DNA of 64,000 nt from Bacteroidales bacterium (lineage in GTDB: Bacteria > Bacteroidota > Bacteroidia > Bacteroidales > VadinHA17): contig PLNF01000022.1 in the NCBI GenBank assembly GCA_003141715.1, forward strand, positions 15,506 through 79,505, in the 5' to 3' direction. The notes below the pieces were generated by a model, which was given only the letters and a program-made list of their open reading frames with translations, searched no databases and was not told where the DNA came from. This document shows positions 48,821-59,169 of this stretch, one piece after another. The first letter of the stretch is position 1; each line of letters begins with the position of its first letter. Both the position numbers and the translations under genes were made by a program.

Positions 48821-50677
48821 ATGTTAAAAAGGATAATCCTATATATAATATTTCTCAATGCATGCATGGTTAATACTCCTGCACAGGAAGTAGTCACCGG
48901 TCTCCAATCAAATTACAGTATCATACATAACTCCGAAAAACGTAAGGGAAATAAAGAATTGACTTCTACTGACACGCTGGTCCTTCCGTTTTTTGATGAT
49001 TTCTCAGGGCATTCAATATTCCCCGACAATAAGAAATGGACAGACAACTATGTATATATCAATAATACATACTCCGACCGGCAAATCACAGCCGGAATAG
49101 CCACTTTCGATGCATTAGACAATTCCGGTAGAATGTACGCGGATGCTTCTTCATCGGGATTTGAAGCTGATCATCTTACATCTCAGCCTATAAATCTGAA
49201 TTATACCGCATCTGATAATATCTGGCTGAGCTTCTTTTATCAGGCAGGTGGTCTTGGTGACCCACCTGAAGCGAATGACAGTCTGACTCTTCAGTTCTTT
49301 TCGCCCGATGAACAAAAATGGTACTCGGTATGGAAAGTTGGAGGCAGCCTTGATCAAAGATTTAAACCAGCCATTATCAGGATTGATGAAGACCGTTTCC
49401 TTCAAAAAGGTTTCCAGTTACGGTTCGTTAATTATGCCAGCCTCAGCCCAAACCTCAGTGACCCGTCGATGGTTGGAAATTGTGATATATGGAATGTCGA
49501 TTATGTTCTTCTTGACAAAAACAGAAACGCCGGAGATACGATATTTGCCGATGTGGCATTCACACTTCCGATCCGCTCATTGCTCAAGAGTCATGAAGCA
49601 ATGCCTTGGAAACAATTCTTGCAGGTCTATCTGCAGGAAATGGGCTCTTCAATACTTGTTCATTATCGGAATAATGATACAATAACACGAAATATAACCC
49701 GTAATTTTGAAATATGGGATGTTTATAATAATTCTCAGGCCTACTCTTTCTCTGCAGGAGCAACGAACATCGCGCCTTTAACTAGTATTGATTATAACGC
49801 TAACCTTGTCTATACGTTCAACACAAGCAATAATGATTCAGCTCTTTTCAGGATTACAGCCTCTCTTAAGACAGATAATTTTGATCCTAAGGGAAACGAC
49901 ACATTAGTCTATTATCAGGTTTTTAAAAACTATTTTGCATTCGACGATGGTACATCTGAAGGCGGATATGGTATAAACGGACTTGGCTCCAGAAATGCTA
50001 TGGTAGCTTACAAATTCGTCTCATACATGCAGGACACTCTTAGAGCAATACAAATATGCTTCAACGACAGCTATCAGCACGCTAATCAAAGAGAATTTGA
50101 TCTTGTTGTCTGGGACGATAACAATGGGATTCCCGATAACATACTTTATACCAGGGAAGATGTCATGGTTGAACAGGGTGAGGCGATAAATGGTTTTTAT
50201 AATTACACTATTCCTGAAGGTGTTGCGGTAAATAATATATTTTATGTCGGATGGAGGCAGCGCTCCGAGTCATTTCTTAACGTGGGTTATGATGTTAATA
50301 CTCCTAATGCCGGCAAACAGTTCTACTGGTTAAACGGTGAATGGAGTAAGTCACAGGTTCCGGGCAGTATAATGATAAGACCTGTTGTAGGTTCTCCACT
50401 TTTAATTACATCTGTTCATGACACCTATATTAAGAATAAGAACCTCATGAAAATATGGCCAAACCCGGCAAAGGATTATATCAATATTGACCCGGGGGAA
50501 TTGCAATTGTCCGGATCATCATATATAACCATAACCGACCTGAATGGACACGAACTTATAAAAGTTCTTTTCAGTGATAAGGTCGATATCTCTTCACTAC
50601 ATGATGGCATGTACTTTTTAGTTATAAATATCAATGGCAGACCTGTTGGATATAACCGGTTTATTAAATCAAGGTAA
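48821..50677 (+). CDS. T9SS-secreted protein (type A C-terminal sorting domain), function unknown
   Basis: 618 aa with a signal peptide. The C-terminal ~75 aa (KIWPNPAKDYINI...ITDLNGHELI...LHDGMYFLVININGRPVGYNRFIK) fit the Por secretion tail pattern. Confidence 0.75.
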   Translation: MLKRIILYIIFLNACMVNTPAQEVVTGLQSNYSIIHNSEKRKGNKELTSTDTLVLPFFDDFSGHSIFPDNKKWTDNYVYINNTYSDRQITAGIATFDALDNSGRMYADASSSGFEADHLTSQPINLNYTASDNIWLSFFYQAGGLGDPPEANDSLTLQFFSPDEQKWYSVWKVGGSLDQRFKPAIIRIDEDRFLQKGFQLRFVNYASLSPNLSDPSMVGNCDIWNVDYVLLDKNRNAGDTIFADVAFTLPIRSLLKSHEAMPWKQFLQVYLQEMGSSILVHYRNNDTITRNITRNFEIWDVYNNSQAYSFSAGATNIAPLTSIDYNANLVYTFNTSNNDSALFRITASLKTDNFDPKGNDTLVYYQVFKNYFAFDDGTSEGGYGINGLGSRNAMVAYKFVSYMQDTLRAIQICFNDSYQHANQREFDLVVWDDNNGIPDNILYTREDVMVEQGEAINGFYNYTIPEGVAVNNIFYVGWRQRSESFLNVGYDVNTPNAGKQFYWLNGEWSKSQVPGSIMIRPVVGSPLLITSVHDTYIKNKNLMKIWPNPAKDYINIDPGELQLSGSSYITITDLNGHELIKVLFSDKVDISSLHDGMYFLVININGRPVGYNRFIKSR

Positions 50678-50686
50678 TCACAAAAA

Positions 50687-51721
50687 ATGACAGAAGAAGA
50701 ATTAGTCGATCAGCAAGAACTCTTTGAACATTACAGGTTTAAGGCAGATCCAGGACAATCACACCTGAGGATTGATAAATTCCTGTCTGACAGGCTGGAG
50801 AATTCCTCGAGGACACGTATTCAGAATGCCGCCAATGCCGGGAATATTCTGGTAAATAATAATACGGTTAAACCAAACTATAAGATTAAACCGGGAGATA
50901 TTGTACAGGTTGTTTTGCCGACACCTCCAAGAGAAATTGAACTTATTCCCGAAAATATCCCTTTGAATATTGTTTATGAAGATGATGATATCCTGGTTGT
51001 TAATAAAGAACCGGGTATGGTTGTTCATCCTGCTTATGGCAACTATACCGGAACACTCGTGAATGCTCTGATGTGGCACTTCAGGGACCTGCCTCTTTTT
51101 AATACCGGTGAGAGCAGGCCTGGTCTGGTTCACAGGCTGGATAAAAACACTTCCGGGATCCTTGTTATTGCAAAGAATGAATATGCACTTAACAGGCTCT
51201 CAAAACAGTTTTATGACCGTACCACCGATAGGAGATATAATGCGCTTATATGGGGTATTCCCGATCCTCAGGAAGGAACTATTACCGGGAATGTCGGCAG
51301 GAGTATAAAAGACAGGAAGATTATGCAGGTCTTTAAGGATGATACTGAGGGGAAGACTGCAATAACTCATTATAAGGTTATTGAGGATCTTGGTTATATT
51401 TCACTGATTGAATGCAAACTTGAAACCGGACGTACGCATCAGATCCGGGTTCATTTCAGTCATATAAAACATCCTTTATTTAATGATGTGGAGTATGGTG
51501 GAAATCAAATACTTAAAGGTACAACATTCACAAAATATCAACAGTTTATTAAAAATTGTTTTAAGATACTGCCACGTCAGGCATTGCATGCAAAATCGCT
51601 GGCATTCAATCATCCGGTAACCGGTAAAAGACTCTTCTTTGATTCCAGTCTGCCAGATGATATGATACAGGTAATTGAAAAATGGCGCAAGTATATCTCC
51701 GGAAGGGATACTGAAAAATAA
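50687..51721 (+). CDS. rluD: RluA-family 23S rRNA pseudouridine synthase (RluD-like)
   Basis: 344 aa. It has an N-terminal S4 domain, the catalytic HRLDKNTSG and GRTHQIRVH. Confidence 0.82.
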   Translation: MTEEELVDQQELFEHYRFKADPGQSHLRIDKFLSDRLENSSRTRIQNAANAGNILVNNNTVKPNYKIKPGDIVQVVLPTPPREIELIPENIPLNIVYEDDDILVVNKEPGMVVHPAYGNYTGTLVNALMWHFRDLPLFNTGESRPGLVHRLDKNTSGILVIAKNEYALNRLSKQFYDRTTDRRYNALIWGIPDPQEGTITGNVGRSIKDRKIMQVFKDDTEGKTAITHYKVIEDLGYISLIECKLETGRTHQIRVHFSHIKHPLFNDVEYGGNQILKGTTFTKYQQFIKNCFKILPRQALHAKSLAFNHPVTGKRLFFDSSLPDDMIQVIEKWRKYISGRDTEK

Positions 51722-51757
51722 TATACATTGCATATTGTACAGGGCACAGGACGTGGG

Positions 51758-51780
51758 GCACAGCGCTCTGAGCTCTGTGC
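51758..51780. terminator. GC-rich hairpin between convergent genes
   Basis: The hairpin is GCACAGCGCTC-T-GAGCTCTGTGC, with 11-nt arms and one mismatch. It lies between the rluD stop (51721) and the TPM gene stop (51794). Confidence 0.55.
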
Positions 51781-51793
51781 TCTGCGCAAAAAT

Positions 51794-52609
51794 TTACCAG
51801 CTTCCGCCGGCGCCACCTCCACCAAAGCTGCCGCCGCCGAATCCACCGAATCCGCCTCCTCCACCACCGCCGCCTGAGAATCCGCCCCAGCTTCCGCTGG
51901 AACCACCTCTTCCAGAATTCATCATGCCTAAGAGCATCCAGAATGGTAATCCTCGGGTACTTATATGTTTATTATTAGATCCACCCGAACCCCTGGAAAC
52001 CATGATGATGATGATGAAAACAATAAATAATATAAGTCCAAAGGGAATGTTTTTACCTGTACTTCTTTTCGCCTTCTGACCATACTGAGCAGCTGAAAAT
52101 TCCCCTCTTGCCAATGACATAAGGGTACTTGTGGCTTTGTTTAACCCACCATAATAATCTCCATTTCTGAAAGCAGGGAGAATCTCGCGATCAACTATTT
52201 CGCTGCATGTTAAATCGGGAATCGCTCCCTCAAGACCATAACCCGGTGCAATTTGTACCTGGCCGTTAGAATCAGCAGTTTTTGGTTTGACCAGTACAAG
52301 TACACCATTATTCAGCCCTTTCCGGCCGATACCCCATTTCTCCGCCAGCCGCTGTGCATAATCCGCTTTATCATATCCCCCGAGTGAAGGAACAATAACT
52401 ATAGCGATCTGAGTAGAAGTGGAATCGTTGAAAGTAACAAGCTTTTGTTCGAGCATACCTGCTTCTTCCACTTTTAGCATCCCGGCAAAATCGTTTACTA
52501 ACCTTGGTGGAACCGGTCGTTCTGGAATACTCTGTGCAAATAACCCGTCATTAGAAATTGTGCAAAATAAAACCGTAAAGGCCAGCAAATACAAACTTTT
52601 CTTTATCAT
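51794..52609 (-). CDS. TPM domain protein (YgcG-like) with a TM segment and a Gly-rich tail
   Basis: 271 aa. A signal peptide and a TPM fold are followed by a TM helix and the C-terminal GGFSGGGGGGGGFGGFGGGSFGGGGAGGSW. Confidence 0.75.
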   Translation of the reverse strand: MIKKSLYLLAFTVLFCTISNDGLFAQSIPERPVPPRLVNDFAGMLKVEEAGMLEQKLVTFNDSTSTQIAIVIVPSLGGYDKADYAQRLAEKWGIGRKGLNNGVLVLVKPKTADSNGQVQIAPGYGLEGAIPDLTCSEIVDREILPAFRNGDYYGGLNKATSTLMSLARGEFSAAQYGQKAKRSTGKNIPFGLILFIVFIIIIMVSRGSGGSNNKHISTRGLPFWMLLGMMNSGRGGSSGSWGGFSGGGGGGGGFGGFGGGSFGGGGAGGSW

Positions 52610-52623
52610 TTTTTTACTCCCCT

Positions 52624-53061
52624 TTATTTATTGAATGAAATTTCATCGGGCAATTCGTTTACATCATCCTTTCTGTGAGGAAAATGAATTTTAAGGTGTT
52701 TCCCGGCGAGTAAAATTCCTTCTGAAAGGCCTTCTGTGAACTTCCCCTCTTTGAAATTCTTTTTAAGCAATTCGCTTATATCATCCCAGAAACCGTCATG
52801 AACTTTTGCATTTATCCCGGAGTCCCCAATGATCGCGAATTTTCTGTCTTTTACAGCAAGATAAAACAAAACACCATTGCGTTCAGCGGTTTTATGCATA
52901 CCCAGCTTTTTGAAAAGCCATGCAGCTCTGTCGAGAACATCACCCTTTAATGTAGATTCGATGTGCACTCTGATTTCGCCCGAAGTTTCCAACTCAGCCT
53001 CCCTGACAGATGCAAGAATCTGAGCCTGTTGTTCTTTCGAAAAGAACGATGAAGCTTTCAT
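52624..53061 (-). CDS. TPM domain protein (TLP18.3/Psb32-type phosphatase fold)
   Basis: 145 aa. It has SGEIRVHIES and GVLFYLAVKDRKFAIIGDSGI. Confidence 0.72.
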   Translation of the reverse strand: MKASSFFSKEQQAQILASVREAELETSGEIRVHIESTLKGDVLDRAAWLFKKLGMHKTAERNGVLFYLAVKDRKFAIIGDSGINAKVHDGFWDDISELLKKNFKEGKFTEGLSEGILLAGKHLKIHFPHRKDDVNELPDEISFNK

Positions 53062-53082
53062 TATATAATGTATGAATAAATA

Positions 53083-53685
53083 TTAGAATTTAACTTCCGG
53101 AGCTTTTTCAGCACCTTTTTCAGCCTCAAAATATGGCTTTATCTGGAATGAAAACATTCCTGCAAGAAAATTTTGAGGAAACTTCCTGATATAAGTATTA
53201 TAGGTTAAAGCAATATCATTGAATTTTTTTCTTTCAACTGAAATCCTGTTCTCGGTTCCTTCAAGTTCTACCTGAAGATCCCTGAAATTCTGTGTAGCTT
53301 TAAGTTGGGGATACTGTTCAACAACAACCATCAGTCTTGACAATGCGGAAGACAGCTGCCCCTGTGCCTGCTGGAACTGTTGCATGTTTGCGGCTGTCAT
53401 CTTGGTCGGATCAATTGTGACGGATGTAGCTTTCGATCTGGCTTCAATTACCTGAGTAAGTGTAGTTTGTTCAAAATTGGCAGCACCCTTGACAGTATTG
53501 ACAAAATTTGGTATGAGATCAGATCTGCGCTGATAGGCAGTTTCAACATTGCCCCATTGACTGGTAACAGACTCCTGCATGGTAACCATACCATTGTAAA
53601 CTTTTGTGCCCCAAAGTACTACGGCTAAAACAATGAGTGCCAGAAAAGCAACTACTATAATCGAAATAAGACAACCTTTTTTCAT
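53083..53685 (-). CDS. LemA family protein
   Basis: 200 aa. It has an N-terminal TM helix and the blocks YQRRSDLIPNFVNTVKG, EQYPQLKA and ELEGTENRISVERKKFN. Confidence 0.85.
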   Translation of the reverse strand: MKKGCLISIIVVAFLALIVLAVVLWGTKVYNGMVTMQESVTSQWGNVETAYQRRSDLIPNFVNTVKGAANFEQTTLTQVIEARSKATSVTIDPTKMTAANMQQFQQAQGQLSSALSRLMVVVEQYPQLKATQNFRDLQVELEGTENRISVERKKFNDIALTYNTYIRKFPQNFLAGMFSFQIKPYFEAEKGAEKAPEVKF

Positions 53686-53710
53686 TTTTATTGATTTTTA
53701 AAATTTCCAC

Positions 53711-53718
53711 CAAAGGTA
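53711..53718 (-). promoter_or_regulatory. -7 box (TACCTTTG on the minus strand) for the LemA-TPM-TPM operon
   Basis: Exact TAnnTTTG match 26 nt upstream of the ATG at 53685. Confidence 0.45.
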
Positions 53719-53755
53719 ATATATCTGCAGGTTATTTAATGTCTATAAATTAGAT

Positions 53756-53763
53756 TATTTTTG
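53756..53763 (+). promoter_or_regulatory. -7 box (TATTTTTG) for ddl
   Basis: Exact TAnnTTTG match 22 nt upstream of the ATG at 53785. Confidence 0.45.
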
Positions 53764-53784
53764 AGATGAAAAATTAAACAAAAT

Positions 53785-54756
53785 ATGAAGACTATCGCAA
53801 TAGCTGCTGGCGGTGACTCCTCTGAGTTTGAGATATCTGTAAAGAGTGCTGAGGAAGTTGGCAAAATCTTATCCTCCAGATATATAGTTTATATTATCAT
53901 AATCCGGGGAACCAACTGGTACTGGGAAGATCAGAAGGGTCGTTATCATAATATTGATAAGAACGATTTTAGTCTGGCATATAACGACTACAGGATAAAA
54001 TTCGATGGAGTATTCATTGCAATTCATGGTACACCCGGGGAGAATGGTCTGCTTCAGGGGTACTTCGACATGATGAGTATTCCGTACTCAAGCTGTGGTG
54101 CATTCTGCTCTGCCCTTACTTTTAATAAACAGGCATGCAAACTCTTTCTTAAAGAATTTGGGATCACTATGGCTAATGCTGTTCTGATAAGAAAAGGAGA
54201 GACTTTTGATCCTGTAAACCTGATCAACCAGACAGGTCTTCCATGTTTTGTTAAACCAAATGACAGTGGTTCCAGCTTTGGTGTCACCAAGGTGAAAAAG
54301 AAAGAGGATTTGTTGTCTGCAATTGATACCGCATTTAAAGAGAGCGATGAGGTGCTTATCGAAGCTTTCATGAACGGTCGGGAAGTTGCCTGTGGTGTTG
54401 TTAAAACAAAAAGCAAAACGATCGTTCTTCCTGTTACTGAGATTATCAGTAAAAATGAATTTTTTGATTATGAGGCAAAATATACTCCGGGGAAATCTGA
54501 TGAAATTACCCCGGCTGATATGCCTTTGGAAGTAACAAACGAGATACAAAGAATAAGTAAGTTTGTTTATGATCTCCTTGGATGTAAGGGAATTGTCAGG
54601 GTTGATTTTATAGTTATAGGAGAAAAGCCCTTTTTTATTGAGATAAATACTATACCGGGTATGACTAAAGGAAGTCTTGTTCCGAAACAGGCCGCAGCTG
54701 CCGGGATATCACTTGAAAAATTATACTCTATGGCTGTTGAGAATATGTTTGACTAA
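53785..54756 (+). CDS. ddl: D-alanine--D-alanine ligase
   Basis: 323 aa with an ATP-grasp fold. Blocks include AIHGTPGENGLLQG, PCFVKPNDSGSSFGV and EINTIPGMT. Confidence 0.87.
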   Translation: MKTIAIAAGGDSSEFEISVKSAEEVGKILSSRYIVYIIIIRGTNWYWEDQKGRYHNIDKNDFSLAYNDYRIKFDGVFIAIHGTPGENGLLQGYFDMMSIPYSSCGAFCSALTFNKQACKLFLKEFGITMANAVLIRKGETFDPVNLINQTGLPCFVKPNDSGSSFGVTKVKKKEDLLSAIDTAFKESDEVLIEAFMNGREVACGVVKTKSKTIVLPVTEIISKNEFFDYEAKYTPGKSDEITPADMPLEVTNEIQRISKFVYDLLGCKGIVRVDFIVIGEKPFFIEINTIPGMTKGSLVPKQAAAAGISLEKLYSMAVENMFD

Positions 54757-56147
54757 TTTTCCTTCGCTAGTTTTAGGGCCGTGGTGGTTGTATAGTACTT
54801 CGTAATCATCGCTGGTACCTCCCATTCCGGCAATTTGCCTGCTTTCAGATATTCAAGAAATTTGGCGGTTACCTGACCAAAATGCTCTTCATGACTTACC
54901 CTGTACTTTTCAGGAACATTAATCTTGAAGGTGGTAGTGTTAACGGCTACTATCTGAAGACTATCATAAGGCAATGTTTTAACAACTTCTTTTAATTCTG
55001 AAGCGAAGTCATTCATTGTTAATCCTTTTATATTTTCGATATACAGTGTCGGCAGAAATTTTTCCTCGGCACCCTGCCTGATGATCAGATCGCATTTAGT
55101 TCCGTGCATGACTGAATAGTGCGTATCATCGCCTCCCGGAGGAGCCTGATATTTCCACTCAACAGAAACCTTTGCAAAAATCCCTTTTATCTGATAGACC
55201 ATTTCTCCGTTTGCAAAAACATTCAGCTTTCCGTCTTTAATATCCTTCTGAAGATAACCGGGAAAATCATCAAACCCGGTAACTCCTTTAAACTCTTCTT
55301 TTGAGATAAGGGTTGGCCATCTTTTTGCACTTACCATCTTTATGTCTGAGGGATTCAGAATTTGTTCGGGGAAACATTCCCATTGAACAAGGTCAACAAG
55401 ATGTGTTGTCACATCGACAATCCCCTCACCCTGTTGCTGAACATCGAAATACCATTCAGGGCGAAGTACGGGACTTCCTGAAACAACCTTGGAGAAATGA
55501 TGCACACTTATTTTGGTTACAGCGGGTTCTTCTTTACTTCCCGTAGTTAATACACCAAAAACTTTAGCATTTTGTGAAAGCAATTTCTGAAGAATTGTAG
55601 TCACCTCATATCTCTCTGTCATAATATCGTATAAGAGAACTCCCTTTTCCCTTGCTGTTTTAAAAGCAGCTTCCAGAGCGGGAAAATCTTCCAGGTGGAT
55701 TATCATAGGCTTATCTGCCAGCACATTGAGACCGGCACTGATCGATTTCGTAATATATTCGGCCTTTTTCCTGTTATTCCCCGATAAAACCACAACATTG
55801 CCTGCTTTTTCAGTAAGCATTTTTTCAAAGAAATCAGGACCGGTATATACTATTTCATTCCATGACGTGGGATTAACTGCTCTGCCGTTATACGATTTGA
55901 TCCTGCTGAGATGCTGCAAATAATCAGGTCCCTGTGGTGCATAAACATGCACTTCTGGAGAAATCAGATCGTACATGATTTTCTGGACAAGGGCGGCATG
56001 AAAATGTCCCGGATCCACTGTGATCAATTTTACCTTATAAGTTTTTTCCATTGAAGAATCTGATTTGATTGGTTGTTTCCTGGTGCCACTTGTTCCACAG
56101 GAAGTAATAATCATTATGGAAAATAAAAATATAATTAGTCTTTTCAT
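54753..56147 (-). CDS. secreted Gfo/Idh/MocA-like oxidoreductase with the 'putative oxidoreductase C-terminal' domain
   Basis: 464 aa with the lipobox ITSCG. It has the characteristic LITVDPGHFHAALVQK N-terminal block. Its stop overlaps the ddl stop (CTAA). Confidence 0.6.
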   Translation of the reverse strand: MKRLIIFLFSIMIITSCGTSGTRKQPIKSDSSMEKTYKVKLITVDPGHFHAALVQKIMYDLISPEVHVYAPQGPDYLQHLSRIKSYNGRAVNPTSWNEIVYTGPDFFEKMLTEKAGNVVVLSGNNRKKAEYITKSISAGLNVLADKPMIIHLEDFPALEAAFKTAREKGVLLYDIMTERYEVTTILQKLLSQNAKVFGVLTTGSKEEPAVTKISVHHFSKVVSGSPVLRPEWYFDVQQQGEGIVDVTTHLVDLVQWECFPEQILNPSDIKMVSAKRWPTLISKEEFKGVTGFDDFPGYLQKDIKDGKLNVFANGEMVYQIKGIFAKVSVEWKYQAPPGGDDTHYSVMHGTKCDLIIRQGAEEKFLPTLYIENIKGLTMNDFASELKEVVKTLPYDSLQIVAVNTTTFKINVPEKYRVSHEEHFGQVTAKFLEYLKAGKLPEWEVPAMITKYYTTTTALKLAKEN

Positions 56148-56180
56148 TGTTTAAAAGTTTCAATTAATCGACTTATGTAC

Positions 56181-59072
56181 TCACCCCCTTTTCTTTAGTG
56201 CCTCCTGCCTGTACAAATCAATCGGATCGCATGTACAAACCAGATTACGATCGCCAAAACCATCGTCGATACGTCCGACAGCAGGCCATAACTTATTCTC
56301 CACAACCCAATTAAGAGGAAAGGCAGCTTTCTGGCGATCATAGCTATGATTCCAGTCATTTGCCGTAACAACCCTTACGGTATGTGGTGAGTTATGCAAA
56401 ACATTATCCTCTTTATCTACTTTACCATTCTTTATCTCCTCTATTTCATTCCATATTGATTTCATGGCACTGATAAATTTATCGAGTTCCTGAAGTGACT
56501 CTGATTCAGTGGGTTCCACCATCAGGGTTCCATGAACCGGAAATGAAAGAGTCGGTGCATGAAATCCATAATCCATCAACCTCTTAGCTATATCTGCTTC
56601 GGTTATCCCTGCTTCTGTTTTAAAATTCCTGCAATCAAGTATCATCTCATGTGCAACAAACCCTTCAGTTCCGGAATATAAAGTCTTAAACCATCCCTTT
56701 AGTGATGTTGCTATATAATTGGCATTTAGTATCGCATATTTTGTAGCCTGAGTCAACCCGTATGAACCCATCATCATCACGTAGGCATGAGAAATAGTAA
56801 GTATATGCCCGCTTCCGAATGGTGCACCTGCCACAGCAGTTGTACCATGACTTCCTCCTGTTTTAACAAAGTGGTGGGATGGAAGGAACTCCGCAAGTTT
56901 GTCATTCGTAAGTATCGGACCCATCCCCGGGCCGCCACCTCCATGAGGTATGGCAAAAGTCTTATGAAGGTTAAGATGACAGATATCTGCGCCGATACGT
57001 CCGGGATTTGTAAGCCCGACCTGTGCATTCATATTTGCGCCATCCATGTAAACAAGTCCGCCATTTTCATGGATGATATCTGACATTTCTACTACTGCTG
57101 CTTCAAACACACCATGTGTCGAAGGATATGTAATCATAAAACCGGCAAGATTATCTTTATGCTCCTCAGCTTTTTTCTTCAGATCCTCCACACTTATATT
57201 ACCCTTTTCATCACATTCCACAACAATTATCTGCATACCGGCCATAGCGGCACTTGCAGGGTTTGTTCCATGAGCAGAAGAGGGTATCAAAACTATATTT
57301 CTGTTTCCTTCTCCCTTAGTAAGATGATACTCTCGAATTACCATTAGTCCGGTATATTCTCCGGCAGCTCCTGAGTTTGGCTGAAATGAGATTGCTGAAA
57401 AACCCGTTATTTCTTTAAGCGCCTCTCCTAATTCATCCATAATCTGATAATAGCCCTGTGCCTGGTCTTTTGGAACGAAAGGATGAATATTTCCAAATTC
57501 CGGCCAGCTCATCGCAAACATTGAACTTGCAGGATTAAGCTTCATAGTGCAGGAACCGAGGGAAATCATACAGTGAGTAAGTGAAAAATCTTTTCTTTCG
57601 AGCATTTTGATATACCTCATCATCTCAGTCTCGCTATGGTACCTGTTAAAAGCTCCCCCCTCCAGGAAAGATGACTTTCTCAAAAACTTCTCTTCAAGAA
57701 TTTCACAATGGCAATAAGAGTTGATCCTGACCTTTTCCTTACCTGCTGCCTTCACAAAAATGTTTACGATAGTATCTATTTCTTTTATTGTTGTTATTTC
57801 ATCAGTGCTTATAACCACAGAATTATCGCCAGAATAATAGAAGTTCATTTCTGCTTCAAGTGCGAGCTTTTTAATAGTTTCTATTGAAACGCCAACACCA
57901 GGGATTATTTTTAAGGTATCAAAGAATACAGAATTCAGTTGCCTGAATCCCAGCTCTTTGAGGTTGTAATTTATTGTACATGCCGCATTATGGATATGTT
58001 GTGCAATATTTTTCAATCCTTCCGGGCCATGGTACTGAGCGTACATGCCCGACATTGTGGCAAGAAGAGCCTGAGCAGTACAGATATTTGAAGTAGCCCT
58101 CTCTCTTTTTATATGCTGTTCACGTGTCTGCAATGCCATCCTTAATGCACTGTTTCCCTGGGCATCAACCGATACTCCGATAATTCTGCCGGGCATACTT
58201 CTTTTAAGCTCGTCTTTTGTAGCAAAATATCCTGCATGCGGACCTCCGAAACTCATAGGAAGGCCCATCCTTTGACTTGAACCAACAACAATATCAGCAC
58301 CCCACTCTCCCGGAGGAGTCAGAAGAACAAGGCTCATCAGATCAGCTGCCACTCCTACAAGAGCTCCTGCTGTATGAGCCAGATTAGTAAATGATTTATA
58401 GTCTCTTAACTCACCTGAAGCGGCTGGATATTGTACAAAAGACCCGAAGTAAGATTCATCAAAAGTAACTGTAGTGTATTTTCCTGTAACAAGCTCAATT
58501 CCAAGTGGCTTTGAACGTGTTTTTATCACATCTAAAGTTTGAGGGAAAATATCGTCATCAACAAAAAATTTATTAGCACCGGCCTTCACTGAAGCTCTCG
58601 ACCGGGCATTAAACATCATTATCATAGCTTCTGCAGCTGCTGTTGACTCATCGAGCAATGAGGCATTGGCAATCTCCATACCGGTGAGTTCAATGATCAT
58701 AGTCTGAAAATTCAGTAATGCTTCGAGACGACCTTGCGAGATTTCAGCCTGATAAGGAGTGTAAGATGTGTACCACGAAGGATTTTCAAGAACATTCCTG
58801 ATAATTACCGACAGAAGAGCAACACCATAATACCCCTGACCGATGAATGAACGGAACATTTTGTTTTTCTGACCGAGAGATTTAATATGATTAAGATATT
58901 CAAATTCACTCATTGCTTCCGGAAGTCTTAGCGGCATTTTGAGCATGATAGATCGGGGAACGGTTTTTTCAATCAGCTCTTCAAGTGAATTAACGCCTAT
59001 AGTCTTCAACATCTGTGGCAATTCATGATCGCGTGGTCCATTATGTCGGTTAACAAATTTATCTGATGTCAT
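56181..59072 (-). CDS. gcvP: glycine dehydrogenase (aminomethyl-transferring), single-chain P protein
   Basis: 963 aa. It has SYTPYQAEISQGRLEALLNFQTM and the PLP-lysine block CHLNLHKTFAIPHGGGGPG. Confidence 0.96.
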   Translation of the reverse strand: MTSDKFVNRHNGPRDHELPQMLKTIGVNSLEELIEKTVPRSIMLKMPLRLPEAMSEFEYLNHIKSLGQKNKMFRSFIGQGYYGVALLSVIIRNVLENPSWYTSYTPYQAEISQGRLEALLNFQTMIIELTGMEIANASLLDESTAAAEAMIMMFNARSRASVKAGANKFFVDDDIFPQTLDVIKTRSKPLGIELVTGKYTTVTFDESYFGSFVQYPAASGELRDYKSFTNLAHTAGALVGVAADLMSLVLLTPPGEWGADIVVGSSQRMGLPMSFGGPHAGYFATKDELKRSMPGRIIGVSVDAQGNSALRMALQTREQHIKRERATSNICTAQALLATMSGMYAQYHGPEGLKNIAQHIHNAACTINYNLKELGFRQLNSVFFDTLKIIPGVGVSIETIKKLALEAEMNFYYSGDNSVVISTDEITTIKEIDTIVNIFVKAAGKEKVRINSYCHCEILEEKFLRKSSFLEGGAFNRYHSETEMMRYIKMLERKDFSLTHCMISLGSCTMKLNPASSMFAMSWPEFGNIHPFVPKDQAQGYYQIMDELGEALKEITGFSAISFQPNSGAAGEYTGLMVIREYHLTKGEGNRNIVLIPSSAHGTNPASAAMAGMQIIVVECDEKGNISVEDLKKKAEEHKDNLAGFMITYPSTHGVFEAAVVEMSDIIHENGGLVYMDGANMNAQVGLTNPGRIGADICHLNLHKTFAIPHGGGGPGMGPILTNDKLAEFLPSHHFVKTGGSHGTTAVAGAPFGSGHILTISHAYVMMMGSYGLTQATKYAILNANYIATSLKGWFKTLYSGTEGFVAHEMILDCRNFKTEAGITEADIAKRLMDYGFHAPTLSFPVHGTLMVEPTESESLQELDKFISAMKSIWNEIEEIKNGKVDKEDNVLHNSPHTVRVVTANDWNHSYDRQKAAFPLNWVVENKLWPAVGRIDDGFGDRNLVCTCDPIDLYRQEALKKRG

Positions 59073-59169
59073 ATATTCTGTTTTAATTGATCAAAATAAT
59101 ATTAGTAAGAAGTGAGAAATTAAGAATGATAATTATAAGAATTTGATTACAAAATTAACAGGATATTAA

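Noticed and set aside
51675-52079. 134-aa plus-strand ORF with a long poly-proline run (PPAPPPPKLPPPNPPNPPPPPPPPENPP)
   Set aside because: It is the reverse-complement mirror of the Gly-rich (GGN codon) tail of the TPM protein on the minus strand. It also crosses the inter-gene terminator hairpin.
54088-54549. 153-aa and 120-aa ORFs antisense to ddl
   Set aside because: These are shadow ORFs inside a well-supported ATP-grasp ligase gene.
59073-59169. Possible glycine riboswitch upstream of gcvP
   Set aside because: The 97-nt leader is almost entirely A/T. It lacks the conserved GGAGAG...CACCG cores of the glycine riboswitch aptamers.
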